IMG/VR virus record: IMGVR_UViG_3300048672_001051
Coordinates: 62,001 to 126,000 of that record
Length of the DNA stretch: 64,000 nt
Direction: 5' to 3' (one strand)
In this document: in pieces, positions 29,356 through 39,775 of the stretch
Layout of the letters: every line of letters begins with the position of its first letter
Numbering within the stretch: position 1 is the stretch's first letter
The notes under the pieces: generated by a model
What the model saw: the letters and a program-made list of their open reading frames with translations, nothing else
Told to the model about the DNA's origin: nothing
Database searches by the model: none
Translations under genes and position numbers: made by a program

Positions 29356-29883
29356 CTAGTGTGTTATTTTAATATTATTTATGTCAGTTATGCCATAAAG
29401 ATCTAAAGTATCTTTATTTAAGGAACTAGCTGGAGCATGGCAAATTAGCCATTCTTTCCGTATTGTGTGAATTTTTAAATTCGGTACAAGCTTTTTAACT
29501 TCATTTGCAATAAACATTGCCCACGTATCAAATTCAATATATTCATAGTTGTTATCAACAATATATTGAAGACCTCTTAATGTTGCAATTTTTAAACAAG
29601 AGACTATAGATAATGGACAACTTCTTGGATGTATAAATATAGTAGCACCAACAGCTTTTGAGTGGTGATCAATATCTTGTACAAAAAATCCTACTATTTT
29701 ATTATTTTTATTTACAATATAAACTTCAGGCTCTTGAATTAAATTCCAAAATTCTTCTAAAGTATCAATTTCAGATTTAAAATCATTTATTGCATAGCAG
29801 TGATTAAAACAGTCTATTAAAAAAGCAGAAAAACCTCTACTTGTTCCGACTGTTACAGGTGTTAATGTTATCATTCTGGCCAA
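29356..29883 (-). CDS. GNAT-fold-like protein
   Basis: YIVNKNNKIVGFFV and ATIFIHP pattern typical of GNAT strands; weak match. Confidence 0.45.
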   Translation of the reverse strand: MARMITLTPVTVGTSRGFSAFLIDCFNHCYAINDFKSEIDTLEEFWNLIQEPEVYIVNKNNKIVGFFVQDIDHHSKAVGATIFIHPRSCPLSIVSCLKIATLRGLQYIVDNNYEYIEFDTWAMFIANEVKKLVPNLKIHTIRKEWLICHAPASSLNKDTLDLYGITDINNIKITH

Positions 29884-30407
29884 TCACCATTATTTGTAAA
29901 GTAATTAAAAAATATTTCTGAATTTTTAGCCCAATCACTTGGTAATTCAGAATGTTGATAGTCTTCAATAAGCATTATAATATTTGCAGAACTTTTATTT
30001 ATAAATCTGTGCGGCAACGACGCATTAAAATAAAGAGACTCATTAGTAAACTCTTGGCGTATACCATCAACTTCTAAATAAATATCATTTAAGTTTAACT
30101 GATTAGCATTTAAGACAGTAAGAACTCTTGTACAAAAAGTTGCAGTAAATTCAGAGTCAGTATGAATGTTTGTTTCAAAACCAGGTTGGAAACAAACATA
30201 AGATACAGCAAATGGTAATTTATTTTCATAAAAGTCTTTAAAGACTTTTATGAGTTTAGTAGGAAACTGTTGTGCAAAACGATTGTTTAAAACAACTGGG
30301 TAATACTGCCATAGCGGACTATCTTCAATTAAAATATCATCTGAAACTAAAACAGGTTTAGACTTTAAAGAATATTTATCAAAGATAATATAATGTGGAT
30401 TAGACAT
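29871..30407 (-). CDS. cupin/2OG-Fe(II) oxygenase-like (Asp beta-hydroxylase-like) protein
   Basis: QPGFETNIHTD (HxD) and distal FNASLPH..IN; jelly-roll pattern. Confidence 0.7.
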   Translation of the reverse strand: MSNPHYIIFDKYSLKSKPVLVSDDILIEDSPLWQYYPVVLNNRFAQQFPTKLIKVFKDFYENKLPFAVSYVCFQPGFETNIHTDSEFTATFCTRVLTVLNANQLNLNDIYLEVDGIRQEFTNESLYFNASLPHRFINKSSANIIMLIEDYQHSELPSDWAKNSEIFFNYFTNNGDWPE

Positions 30408-31608
30408 TTAAAGTGTTACTAGAAAATTGTGAATAAAGCTCAATGTACCTATTAACAAGTAAACTATAACTTGAATTTAAAATAGAGTCATCAAACACTG
30501 TATTATTAATATAATAAAATGTTAAATCCATTAATAAAAATAAAGGTGTAATTAAATCTTTAGATTTTTGTTGAAGCCACCAGACATCATCTTCAACAAT
30601 ATGCAACTGTTCAAACTGGAAAGATTTGACAGGGCAAGGTGTTATGATATCAAAACGCCTAGTAGACTCTTGATATTCATCACTATTTTTATTTAACTGA
30701 AGTTCTTGAATATTGATTAATTTTAAATCGTTATTTGTTTTATAAATAAGATTCTTATTTTTTAAATACTCTTTATTGTTGATTAAATTACTTTCTTCAT
30801 TAGCCGCTAAATCTCTACAGTAGTAGATGTTACCCCGAGGAGATATCGACCTAACACCGTCAAGACAAGACTTATTTGAAGGATTTTTAAAATACTCAGC
30901 TGAACTTAAAAATTCTCTAGGCACAGAAAAATAACAAAAATCTTCCGCGACAGTATTATTATCAATTGTTTTTAGATTATTTGGTAAAATATTATTTACA
31001 ATTAAATCTGAAACAACTTTAAAATCTGTAGGTTTAACAAATTTTTTAACATTGTCTTCCCATATAGAACCTATTTCAAAGTGAAAATAACGTACACCTA
31101 AGTTTTTAAAATAATTAAAATTATTATTTAAACTAGCAAAATTTAGCTCACTAAATAAAACTAGAGCAACGCCTACACTACAATCTAACGAAATTAACAA
31201 TTTAAGATTGTCGATAATATTTGAATAAATTTTAGGATTAGTTGTACGTTCTAAATTAGTGGTATAAGTACCATCTACGGAGAAAATTATCTCATCAAAT
31301 CTTTGCCAAGTTTGAGAATCTTCTTGGACTTTTAAATTATAATGACCGTTAGTGTAGATTCTAAAATGAACATTTTCATATTTAGAATCTACATACTCCA
31401 TAAGGTCTTTAATATTTTGCCAGTGAATAGTAGGCTCACCGCCAAAAAACTCAATTAAATTCTGCTCATCTTTATACTTAGTTAGATAATAATCTACAAA
31501 ATTTACAGAGTCTTCATAACTTAAAAAAGGTGAAGTATTTTTGTTAGTAATACAACAATAACTACAATCTAAATTGCAGTAATTACTATAAACAACTGTA
31601 AGGTCCAT
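30400..31608 (-). CDS. radical SAM enzyme with SPASM/twitch-like C-terminus
   Basis: CNLDCSYC, FFGGEPT, TNG, FSVDG, KSCLDG...GNIYYC, later PCP. Confidence 0.88.
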   Translation of the reverse strand: MDLTVVYSNYCNLDCSYCCITNKNTSPFLSYEDSVNFVDYYLTKYKDEQNLIEFFGGEPTIHWQNIKDLMEYVDSKYENVHFRIYTNGHYNLKVQEDSQTWQRFDEIIFSVDGTYTTNLERTTNPKIYSNIIDNLKLLISLDCSVGVALVLFSELNFASLNNNFNYFKNLGVRYFHFEIGSIWEDNVKKFVKPTDFKVVSDLIVNNILPNNLKTIDNNTVAEDFCYFSVPREFLSSAEYFKNPSNKSCLDGVRSISPRGNIYYCRDLAANEESNLINNKEYLKNKNLIYKTNNDLKLINIQELQLNKNSDEYQESTRRFDIITPCPVKSFQFEQLHIVEDDVWWLQQKSKDLITPLFLLMDLTFYYINNTVFDDSILNSSYSLLVNRYIELYSQFSSNTLNV

Positions 31609-32204
31609 TAGGTACCACTATGCAAGTCTATAAGTGTTTTTTGTTTTTCAACATCATCTTTAATTGAAAATAAAGCACTAACACTATCTAAATCAGGGTA
31701 TGTGTTATTAGTGTTAAACGTATATGATTGTGCTAATGATCGCAAGTTATTTACAGCAGCTTCAAGCTGTAGAACTTCTTCAAATCCTAAATTATTTGTA
31801 GGATAGCATTGTTCTAATGCTGCATAAGCTTCATAAAAAGCATTAATAGATCTTGTGACAACTTGCAATTTGTTGCTAGTAATTGTATTAAAATTTACGG
31901 CACAAAGAGCGAGTTGTAAATTAGCTTTAGTCACAAAATAAATAACATTAGGTTCATAGTCATTTTGATCAACAATACTAATTAATTTTTGAATTAAAGG
32001 TATCATCGCTTCATCTATGTTATCACGAAGTTCGAGTGAAAGCGTAAATAAGAAATTAATATTATTTAGTTTAGAGATGAAAGTGGGATTATTTAAAATC
32101 CCACTTTCATGAGTTGAGTATAGAGTGTTAATTAAATCTAAATCTTCAAGATTGTAAATCATTAATTGGTATAACTTTGTAAAGATTATAAAATTGCTCA
32201 TCAA
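31608..32204 (-). CDS. hypothetical alpha-helical protein
   Basis: 198-aa ORF coupled (TAATG) to the radical SAM gene. Confidence 0.55.
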   Translation of the reverse strand: MMSNFIIFTKLYQLMIYNLEDLDLINTLYSTHESGILNNPTFISKLNNINFLFTLSLELRDNIDEAMIPLIQKLISIVDQNDYEPNVIYFVTKANLQLALCAVNFNTITSNKLQVVTRSINAFYEAYAALEQCYPTNNLGFEEVLQLEAAVNNLRSLAQSYTFNTNNTYPDLDSVSALFSIKDDVEKQKTLIDLHSGT

Positions 32205-34647
32205 TGATGAGGCTTGTTAATAGTGTTTTATTCGCAGGTGAATTTAAATCAACACCTTCAGATAAATCTGAAGTAGTAATACTGATTGCCTCGCGATACA
32301 GATCTTTTGTAAAAGAAGTCGCAGGAAGTCTAGTGCTAAAAAATTCAAGAATATACTCTCTATTATAGACGCTATTAAGGCCTCTTTTATGAGTATATCC
32401 AAAATAAAATTTAGCTTCCGGAGTACCTAAATTGGTTAAACCAAAAGGTGGACTCTGGTCGACAGTTTTTGAATAAAACTTGAAAACTTTAAAATCAAAA
32501 TTTTCTAAATTGTCTTCAAGTAACTTTTTAATTAAAAAGTAAATATTAAAAAATAATTTAGAAGATCCATGAGGATTTAATTGTACGAGTTTATTGATAA
32601 TAGTCAATACAGCACTTGAGTTATCAACAAGTTTATTGTATAAGTTTTGTAAGTTAGCACGGTCTTGTGCATAACCAGTCCTCAGCCAAGCATGAGTTTG
32701 ATCTGAAGACTCAATTAAAATTTTAAGAGAATTTCTTAAAAATAATAAAAACTCAGGTAGCTCTGGCCTACTCGAACATATCAAATAATATGTAAAAATA
32801 ACGTTAACAAAATTAAACAATTCTTGGTTTTCTGCGACGAGGACTGAAGGTTCAACTACATTTAAAGCTGAAGCTTTTAAAATATCTATATAAGCTGAAG
32901 CTGCAGTATTAAATTTCGAAGGAGCGTAGTAGATTACTCTAGCAGTAGACTCATACATATTTTTTAAAAAATATTCATGATTTTGATAATCATATTTAGA
33001 AACAGTACCCCCCGGACTTATAAGATCTGTATTTACCAGAATATAATTTTCAAACAAAGGCACTTCTGGATTAATATTTCTAAGAACTCTGTGGTTAGAC
33101 TCTTCAAAAGTATAAATACCGGTATATATTTTATCAGGCGTATCTGAAACAGCTCTAGCACTTTTTAAAGACTCTATAAAAGAAGTATGAGCATCTGATA
33201 AAAATTCAATAGTAATATCGACAGGCTCAACACGACTAAACTGTTGAATAATTCTAGTTATATGAGCTTTGCATTCAACATAATTTTCACGTTTGCAAGA
33301 TGGCTTAGCTTTAATAAAAATTACATTACACTCTAAAGTGTTTATATAAGTATCTAAAGTCTTTAGTGGTATATTTCTATCAACTAAAATTATTTTATAA
33401 ATACCAGTACTTACAGTTCTTCGAGTGTATGACATACTAAAATTAACTGGAGAACAATATGTGTAAATAATATTAGATAAATTTCTAATAAAAATATTAT
33501 CAGCATGTTGTGGACTTATCAGCCCTAAACATTCTTCATATCTAATATTTAAATGATCTTTAATATACATTTTAAATCTAATATCACGCTGAATATAATC
33601 TTTGATAACTAATAAATTATCAATATACGTAGTAAAATATTCAGGTCTTGTAAAGTTTGGGTATTTAATTTCAACAGAGAGTTGATGCGTTAGCACATTT
33701 GAATTAAAATCTTGTTTAATTAAGTCGTATTTATTTTTAAGCTTACCTTCATTTCCAGATACAATTGTTATAAATTCACGAGATGGTGTAAAAAGCAACT
33801 CACCAATATTAAATTTTGGTATTATTCTAAAATTAAAAGCAGATGGATTTGAATTCCGGTTATAATTACTTTGATGTGTAAATAGCATATTTTCATAAGG
33901 ATTTGTAAATATATTAGAACCTTGTGTAATATATTTAAAAGAATCTTCAAAGTATGTCGGGTCAGTTATTAAATAATAATGCATGTATTCTTCTACAGAA
34001 TACCAAAAGTTATCTTCAAGTTGTACGTTATTAACATAAACATTTGGTTTAACATTTAAGCATATTAAAACTTGTTTTAATTTTTTTAGTACAATATCTT
34101 TAGTGTAATTCTTAATTGTGTAAACACAAGTTACACCTACAGGTTCATCTAAACATTCTTCTGTCACAATATTAAATATTGGTACAGCATTATCTTGACG
34201 ATAGAATAAAACAGTGTGTTTTAATCCGTCTTTAACACAAAAATATTTAAAGTTATTTGTCAATGCTAAAGGACTTTTAGCACCTAAACCTAAGCAGCCA
34301 GCAAGTGCCGGATCAGCACGCTTACTAGAACTATTCAAAGTGCAAAGATAAGTTTCAGCATCTTGTGCAGTTAAACCAACACCATAATCTTTAATAGAAA
34401 TAGTTAATTCGGCATTGTACATATCTTCTTCTATTAAAATATCGTAAGGGGCTGTTGGCTTGCCAGCGCTTATGTGTGAATCAAAAGCGTTGGAGCAAGT
34501 CTCACGTAATACTGAACCCAGCTTGTCTTGATAAATATCGTCAATAACTGTCGAGAAAGACATAAAGTCTGTTTGAATACCCATCTCTTTAGCTGTAGGT
34601 ATCTTAGCTAGAATACTTGATGTATCAGGTGCGTTAATAATTTTCAA
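32146..34647 (-). CDS. rIIA: rIIA-like protein with N-terminal GHKL ATPase
   Basis: LRETCSNAFDSH, IKDYGVGL, GCLGLGAKSP, GVT motifs; 833 aa. Confidence 0.8.
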   Translation of the reverse strand: MKIINAPDTSSILAKIPTAKEMGIQTDFMSFSTVIDDIYQDKLGSVLRETCSNAFDSHISAGKPTAPYDILIEEDMYNAELTISIKDYGVGLTAQDAETYLCTLNSSSKRADPALAGCLGLGAKSPLALTNNFKYFCVKDGLKHTVLFYRQDNAVPIFNIVTEECLDEPVGVTCVYTIKNYTKDIVLKKLKQVLICLNVKPNVYVNNVQLEDNFWYSVEEYMHYYLITDPTYFEDSFKYITQGSNIFTNPYENMLFTHQSNYNRNSNPSAFNFRIIPKFNIGELLFTPSREFITIVSGNEGKLKNKYDLIKQDFNSNVLTHQLSVEIKYPNFTRPEYFTTYIDNLLVIKDYIQRDIRFKMYIKDHLNIRYEECLGLISPQHADNIFIRNLSNIIYTYCSPVNFSMSYTRRTVSTGIYKIILVDRNIPLKTLDTYINTLECNVIFIKAKPSCKRENYVECKAHITRIIQQFSRVEPVDITIEFLSDAHTSFIESLKSARAVSDTPDKIYTGIYTFEESNHRVLRNINPEVPLFENYILVNTDLISPGGTVSKYDYQNHEYFLKNMYESTARVIYYAPSKFNTAASAYIDILKASALNVVEPSVLVAENQELFNFVNVIFTYYLICSSRPELPEFLLFLRNSLKILIESSDQTHAWLRTGYAQDRANLQNLYNKLVDNSSAVLTIINKLVQLNPHGSSKLFFNIYFLIKKLLEDNLENFDFKVFKFYSKTVDQSPPFGLTNLGTPEAKFYFGYTHKRGLNSVYNREYILEFFSTRLPATSFTKDLYREAISITTSDLSEGVDLNSPANKTLLTSLIIDEQFYNLYKVIPINDLQS

Positions 34648-34657
34648 AGGATTTCCT

Positions 34658-34960
34658 TCAAGTTAAATGTTGCTCAACGATAGTTTCAATATCGCTGAAA
34701 CAGTCAGAAGCTTTTAGTAAAGCTAAATAAGAAATTAAAGACTTTCTAACAGAAATGTTAGTCAAGTCGTTTAAAAGAATTGGAGTAGTAACGTAGTATA
34801 AATTAAGTGTGGACTCTTCTGAAGAGTCCAAGTCAACTACGCTATAAAAAGTAGACATTTTTTTATAATTAACTAAAAAAGTTCTATTATTAAAATGGAG
34901 GATATCACCAGGTTGGTAATCTTTCATAAATATGCGCCGTAACTGAAGGAGATAGCACAT
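34658..34960 (-). CDS. hypothetical protein
   Basis: ORF; likely start is the internal MKDYQPGD. Confidence 0.5.
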   Translation of the reverse strand: MCYLLQLRRIFMKDYQPGDILHFNNRTFLVNYKKMSTFYSVVDLDSSEESTLNLYYVTTPILLNDLTNISVRKSLISYLALLKASDCFSDIETIVEQHLT

Positions 34961-35420
34961 CAGAAGCCATTAAAGTAAGGCCTGCGAGGTCTGGAGTGTA
35001 GGAAATATAACTAGAGTTAGGATCTAGTTCTAATGTAGTACTAAATCTGTTTAAATATAATTTATCAACTATGTGGCCCGTGGCTTCAAATAAGCCAGCT
35101 CCACCTATAATAAACATTTTATCTAAACCTATCTCGTTAGTTATACAAGTCCCTACATGCAGCATCTCCGCGACAGAAGAGCAAGTAATTATGTCTGGAT
35201 TATCTATAACTTGAGAAGTTAACACAATATTAACTCTGTTAGGTAGTGGACGACCAATAGACTCGTAAGTTAAACGCCCCATGCAAACTACAGCATTACG
35301 AGTTAAATTTTTAAAATACTGCAAGTCTTCAGGTAATTTTAAAACAAGATCATTGTTAACACCTAAAATATCATTTTGAGTGAGCGCCATGATCTGCGCA
35401 ATTCTCACATTATTAATCAT
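34905..35420 (-). CDS. folA: dihydrofolate reductase
   Basis: LPEDLQYFK, VCMGRLTYESIGRPLPNRVNIVLT, FIIGGA. Confidence 0.95.
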   Translation of the reverse strand: MINNVRIAQIMALTQNDILGVNNDLVLKLPEDLQYFKNLTRNAVVCMGRLTYESIGRPLPNRVNIVLTSQVIDNPDIITCSSVAEMLHVGTCITNEIGLDKMFIIGGAGLFEATGHIVDKLYLNRFSTTLELDPNSSYISYTPDLAGLTLMASDVLSPSVTAHIYERLPTW

Positions 35421-35421
35421 A

Positions 35422-36303
35422 TTAAATTGCTACCGGAGCTTTTATTGCGGGATGATAATTATAATCAACAAGTTCAAAATCTTCAAATGTAAACTCATTA
35501 ATATCTGTCACTTTACGATTAATAAGCAATCTAGGTGAAGCATACTCTTGCCTTGGCAGCTGGAGTCTAATACTGTCCTGATGATTATTATAAATGTGTG
35601 CGTCAACTGCGTTGTAAACAAGCATGCCAGGCTCTAAATCACAGACATGTGCAATCATGTGTACAAGAAAACCAGCAGCTGCTAAATTAAAAGGTGCGCC
35701 AAGTAACCAATCATTCGATCTTGTTAGAAAGTAGGCATTAAGTTTACCATCACCGGTAACTTTAAATTGAATAAAGTTACTGTGGCAGGGATTTAATACA
35801 CCATTACCTGCAGCTACATTCTCTTCGAATGTAAGATTTTCTTTAGCAGCAAATCTAGGATCAAAAGCTGTCATAACAATTCGCCGAGAGTTAGGCGTAT
35901 TTTTTATCATATCTATACAGTTTTGAAGTTGGTCAATTACTTGAGTAGGATCATTTTTATCAACACGGTATGACCTTAATATAGGACCGTATAAATTGCC
36001 AATCGTACCGTTAGAGTTAGTATCATTATTAACAACAGCCCACTCATTCCAAATCGTAACATTATTATTTTTTAAATAAGTGCAATCTGAAGACCCTTGG
36101 ATAAACATCCAAAGAGTTTCATGCAATGCAGATTTAAATGACACAAATTTAGTTGTTAATAATGGAAAACCGGTAGATAAATCATGTCGAATTGTTACTC
36201 CAAATAATGATTTAGTACCAACACCTGTACGATCGGCGTGGTCTTCGCCGTAATTTAAAATTTCCTCAGCTATTGCTAAGTACTGTGAGTCGATTGTTTT
36301 CAA
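35422..36303 (-). CDS. thyA: thymidylate synthase
   Basis: DRTGVGT, FPLLTTK, IWNEWA, LNPCH, TRSND..LGAPFN, DAHIY; uninterrupted. Confidence 0.96.
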   Translation of the reverse strand: MKTIDSQYLAIAEEILNYGEDHADRTGVGTKSLFGVTIRHDLSTGFPLLTTKFVSFKSALHETLWMFIQGSSDCTYLKNNNVTIWNEWAVVNNDTNSNGTIGNLYGPILRSYRVDKNDPTQVIDQLQNCIDMIKNTPNSRRIVMTAFDPRFAAKENLTFEENVAAGNGVLNPCHSNFIQFKVTGDGKLNAYFLTRSNDWLLGAPFNLAAAGFLVHMIAHVCDLEPGMLVYNAVDAHIYNNHQDSIRLQLPRQEYASPRLLINRKVTDINEFTFEDFELVDYNYHPAIKAPVAI

Positions 36304-36305
36304 AG

Positions 36306-37358
36306 TTAGATATCCAACAAGTTATATTTTTTTAAAAGTGTAATTACATCAAGACGATCATTATCCCATCGACGCATAAAAGCTACATCAACATACATTT
36401 GCAGTAAGTCGACCCAAGTGCCTTCTACGCGCTGGTCCCGCCAATCTAGCCACCATTGAAGATCACCATACCACAACTTATAAAGTGTGACTATAACAGA
36501 CCAACACTCTTTATCGGTGGCGCAGTCTTTAAAAAGGTTAAAAAACCTTAACGGTGAAATGCTTGGGCTACCACTAAGATTAGATCTACCTGCACATTTT
36601 TTTAACAAGTCTAGTGGGTTATAATCATCAACAGGGTCACCCATGACAATTTGATAATAAAGCCATTTTCGGCCTTCACCGTATACAGAGTAAGTTTTCT
36701 TATTAGCTGCACTAATCTTAACATCTAGCCTTAAAAACCCTAATCCAGAAATGTCTAAGATAGTTTCTGTTAGTGGATGATAAACTTTTCCAGCAGTTCC
36801 GCGAGAATCTTTATCAACTGTTGACGCTAGGTACTGGCTGCCATCAGGATGTTTTAAAGACCCTAGATATTGGTATTTTGAAACAATATCATCAGCTTCT
36901 TCATTATCTGAAACGACACAATTTTTAGTAGCTAATAACCACTCACGAAGAGCAGACAACAGCAAAGGTCTTTGTACGTCATCTCGAGACGCCTTATATT
37001 TTACAGGTAGCGATATTTCAGTTCTGAAATTTGTAGGTCCACCTAAAGCTATTACATAATCCGTAGAGGAGGTAAGCTTAAGTATTTTTTTCAATCGAGC
37101 ATTAACAGAAAATTGGCACTTAGTTAAAGACTCGCAAAAATCCTCTTTAAGTCTTTTGCAGTCTTTAATTTCATAAAATTGGCGGACTGTTTTAAAGTCC
37201 GCTCCAATTTCATTTTTTAGCTGAGTAATTCCAGAATATTCTATAATATTTGTAGGGTCTGTTTTTAAAGCTGCCTCTATATACAACTCTTCAGCTGTAC
37301 AAGCTATACTGTAAATTAGCCAGTCACCATCAATACAAATAGTTTTTTTTAATTTCAA
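36306..37358 (-). CDS. 5'-3' exonuclease (T7 gp6/RNase H-like)
   Basis: IDGDWL, NFRTEI...YKASR, EADD, VDKD, GDPVD. Confidence 0.85.
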   Translation of the reverse strand: MKLKKTICIDGDWLIYSIACTAEELYIEAALKTDPTNIIEYSGITQLKNEIGADFKTVRQFYEIKDCKRLKEDFCESLTKCQFSVNARLKKILKLTSSTDYVIALGGPTNFRTEISLPVKYKASRDDVQRPLLLSALREWLLATKNCVVSDNEEADDIVSKYQYLGSLKHPDGSQYLASTVDKDSRGTAGKVYHPLTETILDISGLGFLRLDVKISAANKKTYSVYGEGRKWLYYQIVMGDPVDDYNPLDLLKKCAGRSNLSGSPSISPLRFFNLFKDCATDKECWSVIVTLYKLWYGDLQWWLDWRDQRVEGTWVDLLQMYVDVAFMRRWDNDRLDVITLLKKYNLLDI

Positions 37359-38398
37359 GAATACCCATCCTCGTCGATAGGTGCTACAGCTTCCACTTCA
37401 ACTGCACCTAAAATTTTCGATTTAATTTGAAGTGCCGATGCGTCTTTAAATTTATTAAAAATTTCTGGATCATTATTAAATAAGTTAACTACAGCTTGTT
37501 TACCTTGAAGTTTAAAAGAGTCAAAAGAATACCAAGCGCCGCCTTTATTTATTAAGCCTTGTTGAACACAAATATCTACAAGCTCACTAACAAAATCAAA
37601 ACCTTGACCAAATATTAATTTAGTAGTTACAGTTTGATAAGGAGTGCCTACTTTATTTTTAATAAATTTCAGTTCAATATCTTGACCAATAATTTCTTTA
37701 CTAATAGGATCTGCAATAAGTTCACGTTTTGCAACACGAATGCGTATAGACGCTACAAAAGGTAATGAATTACCACCTTTAGTTTTTTCACCACCACCAT
37801 AAGAACCAATATTGGAATAAATTTGGTTTAGAAAAACACAAACTGTTTGTGTTTGAGCGGCAGCATTTTTTATTTTATTCATGCCTAGAGACATGATCTT
37901 TGCAAGAGATCCCATGGTATTTTCATCCATGCCTTTCTCAATTTGAGCTTGAGTTAAAGAAGCTCCGACTGAGTCGTAGATTATTAAAGAACAACCACCA
38001 CTCAAAGCTAGCATTTCAACAATTTCTAAGCCCTCTTCAGCTGATTGAGGTTGAGCAAATATAAACTTATCTTCGCTCAAATCTAAACCAAAAAGTTTAG
38101 CATACGCTGGAGAAAATGCTTGTTCAATATCTACAAAAGCCACAGCTTTATTAGGATACTTCTTTTGTGCCTGTACGGCGAGCGCTGTAGACATAGAAGT
38201 CTTACCGCTACTAGGAGGGCCATAAATCTCTACGATGCGTCCTAGCGGTATACCGCCAATGCCTGTAGCATTATCTACGATCATAGACCCAAAAGGGATA
38301 ACTTCATAATCGCGCGGTACTGCAGAAACAAAAGCTTCTGCACCCCACTTTTTCTTAATCATATTTTTTGCATTTTCTAAAGCTTTATTACTAGCCAT
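37355..38398 (-). CDS. recA: RecA recombinase
   Basis: GRIVEIYGPPSSGKT, FVDIEQA, YDSVG, FLNQI, GGNSLPF.AS, FIKNKV, GGAWY. Confidence 0.95.
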   Translation of the reverse strand: MASNKALENAKNMIKKKWGAEAFVSAVPRDYEVIPFGSMIVDNATGIGGIPLGRIVEIYGPPSSGKTSMSTALAVQAQKKYPNKAVAFVDIEQAFSPAYAKLFGLDLSEDKFIFAQPQSAEEGLEIVEMLALSGGCSLIIYDSVGASLTQAQIEKGMDENTMGSLAKIMSLGMNKIKNAAAQTQTVCVFLNQIYSNIGSYGGGEKTKGGNSLPFVASIRIRVAKRELIADPISKEIIGQDIELKFIKNKVGTPYQTVTTKLIFGQGFDFVSELVDICVQQGLINKGGAWYSFDSFKLQGKQAVVNLFNNDPEIFNKFKDASALQIKSKILGAVEVEAVAPIDEDGYS

Positions 38399-38416
38399 AA
38401 AAATTAACTACATAAA

Positions 38417-38932
38417 TTATATTTTGCTTTCTATATTTTTTAAAATATTTAAGCTTGTTAACCGAGTATTTAAAAGTTGAATTTTACTATACTGTGCAGA
38501 CCAAAATTCGTAAAAAACTTCTGAAAGTATATACGCATTTTGAATGTCTATAGTTTTATTATACGCTAAAGTTTCTAAAATGTCTGCAGTTGGGACTCTT
38601 TTTTTAAGAGAATTATTTGTAATTGCTAAATTATCTTGCTCTATCTGAGTCAAAACAACTTGTTTTTGAATTAAAATATGTTTAGCTGAAGAACTTTTTA
38701 AACCTGTATAATTAGCTTTAGCTAAACTGTAATTATCAATAACAAGCTGTGTAAGTTTAATTAAATTTAATGTATAAATTTCAAGATCATGTAAGCTGAA
38801 GTCTTCTGTCAATTCAGAAATTGTTAAAGCTTGTTTCCATTGATCTAAGGATCTATCTTTAAATTTGATAACATGCTCAAATTTATTAAAAATATTATCA
38901 TATAGATTTTGATCTAAATTAAAATCAGTCAT
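38417..38932 (-). CDS. hypothetical helical protein
   Basis: 171 aa, coiled-coil-like; sits beside recA (a UvsY-like mediator role is possible but unsupported). Confidence 0.5.
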   Translation of the reverse strand: MTDFNLDQNLYDNIFNKFEHVIKFKDRSLDQWKQALTISELTEDFSLHDLEIYTLNLIKLTQLVIDNYSLAKANYTGLKSSSAKHILIQKQVVLTQIEQDNLAITNNSLKKRVPTADILETLAYNKTIDIQNAYILSEVFYEFWSAQYSKIQLLNTRLTSLNILKNIESKI

Positions 38933-39227
38933 TTATTTTTTTTAAATTCCTTATCACATTAGATTTATGAAGTAACAAATGAGCTGTATTAATAACTTGA
39001 TAGCTAACTAAATTTTCAAGTCCATCATACTTTTGAAAAAATTCATTATAATCAGATTTATCTATAATATTTATATCTACAAAATTAAAAAGTTTATCAA
39101 TACTTTGAAACTTTTCCACATTATCAAATAATAAATTTGATATAAATAAAAGTTTTGTTTCTTCGTCAAGATTTAAAGCATTAAAATTTTCTATAAAATT
39201 GTTATATTTTAAGATTGTGTCGGACAC
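38925..39227 (-). CDS. hypothetical protein
   Basis: 100-aa ORF. Confidence 0.5.
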   Translation of the reverse strand: MSDTILKYNNFIENFNALNLDEETKLLFISNLLFDNVEKFQSIDKLFNFVDINIIDKSDYNEFFQKYDGLENLVSYQVINTAHLLLHKSNVIRNLKKIND

Positions 39228-39775
39228 AAAGGTTTCCTAACAGGAGGTTTTTTAATCTTTTTCTGCGGCAATAGCGCAGGATTTTGTAATATTTTTATAT
39301 AAGCATAGCCTACAGCTACAGCATCTGACTCATCAAAATTGTTTAAAACTTTACCAGTTAAAAATGGTAACAGCTCAACAGCTTGACGTACAACTTCTTT
39401 TTTAGAATTACCATTACCTGCAACAACTTTTTTAACAGTCTTAGGTGCTAAAGTAACTATAGGTACATTTTTAAGCACAAAATAGTTTTTTAATAAACCA
39501 TTTAATTCTGCGAGTTGAGTAACAGCAGTTCCATTAAAAGCATAATTTTCAAAAACCACACAATCAAATTGAATATCGTTAAACTGTTCAAATTGTTCAA
39601 TAAGTTTTGAAAACATTCTAGCTGTTTTAGAAAAAACAATATCTGATTTTCTTGGACTAGATTTTACTGAAAAAACATTGTGGCAAATTACGGGGGTTTC
39701 AACTTCAGGATTATATTCAAAGTAAGCTATACCAGTACAACTAGTAGAACCATCTACACTTAAAAATTTAATCAT
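39209..39775 (-). CDS. ruvC: RuvC-like Holliday junction resolvase
   Basis: SVDGSTSCTG, VVFENY, AELNG, TVKKVVAGNGNSKKE, DESDAVAV. Confidence 0.88.
   Translation of the reverse strand: MIKFLSVDGSTSCTGIAYFEYNPEVETPVICHNVFSVKSSPRKSDIVFSKTARMFSKLIEQFEQFNDIQFDCVVFENYAFNGTAVTQLAELNGLLKNYFVLKNVPIVTLAPKTVKKVVAGNGNSKKEVVRQAVELLPFLTGKVLNNFDESDAVAVGYAYIKILQNPALLPQKKIKKPPVRKPLCPTQS

Noticed and set aside
35422-36303. Intron in thyA or nrdB, the classic phage sites
   Set aside because: Both reading frames are continuous and of normal length.
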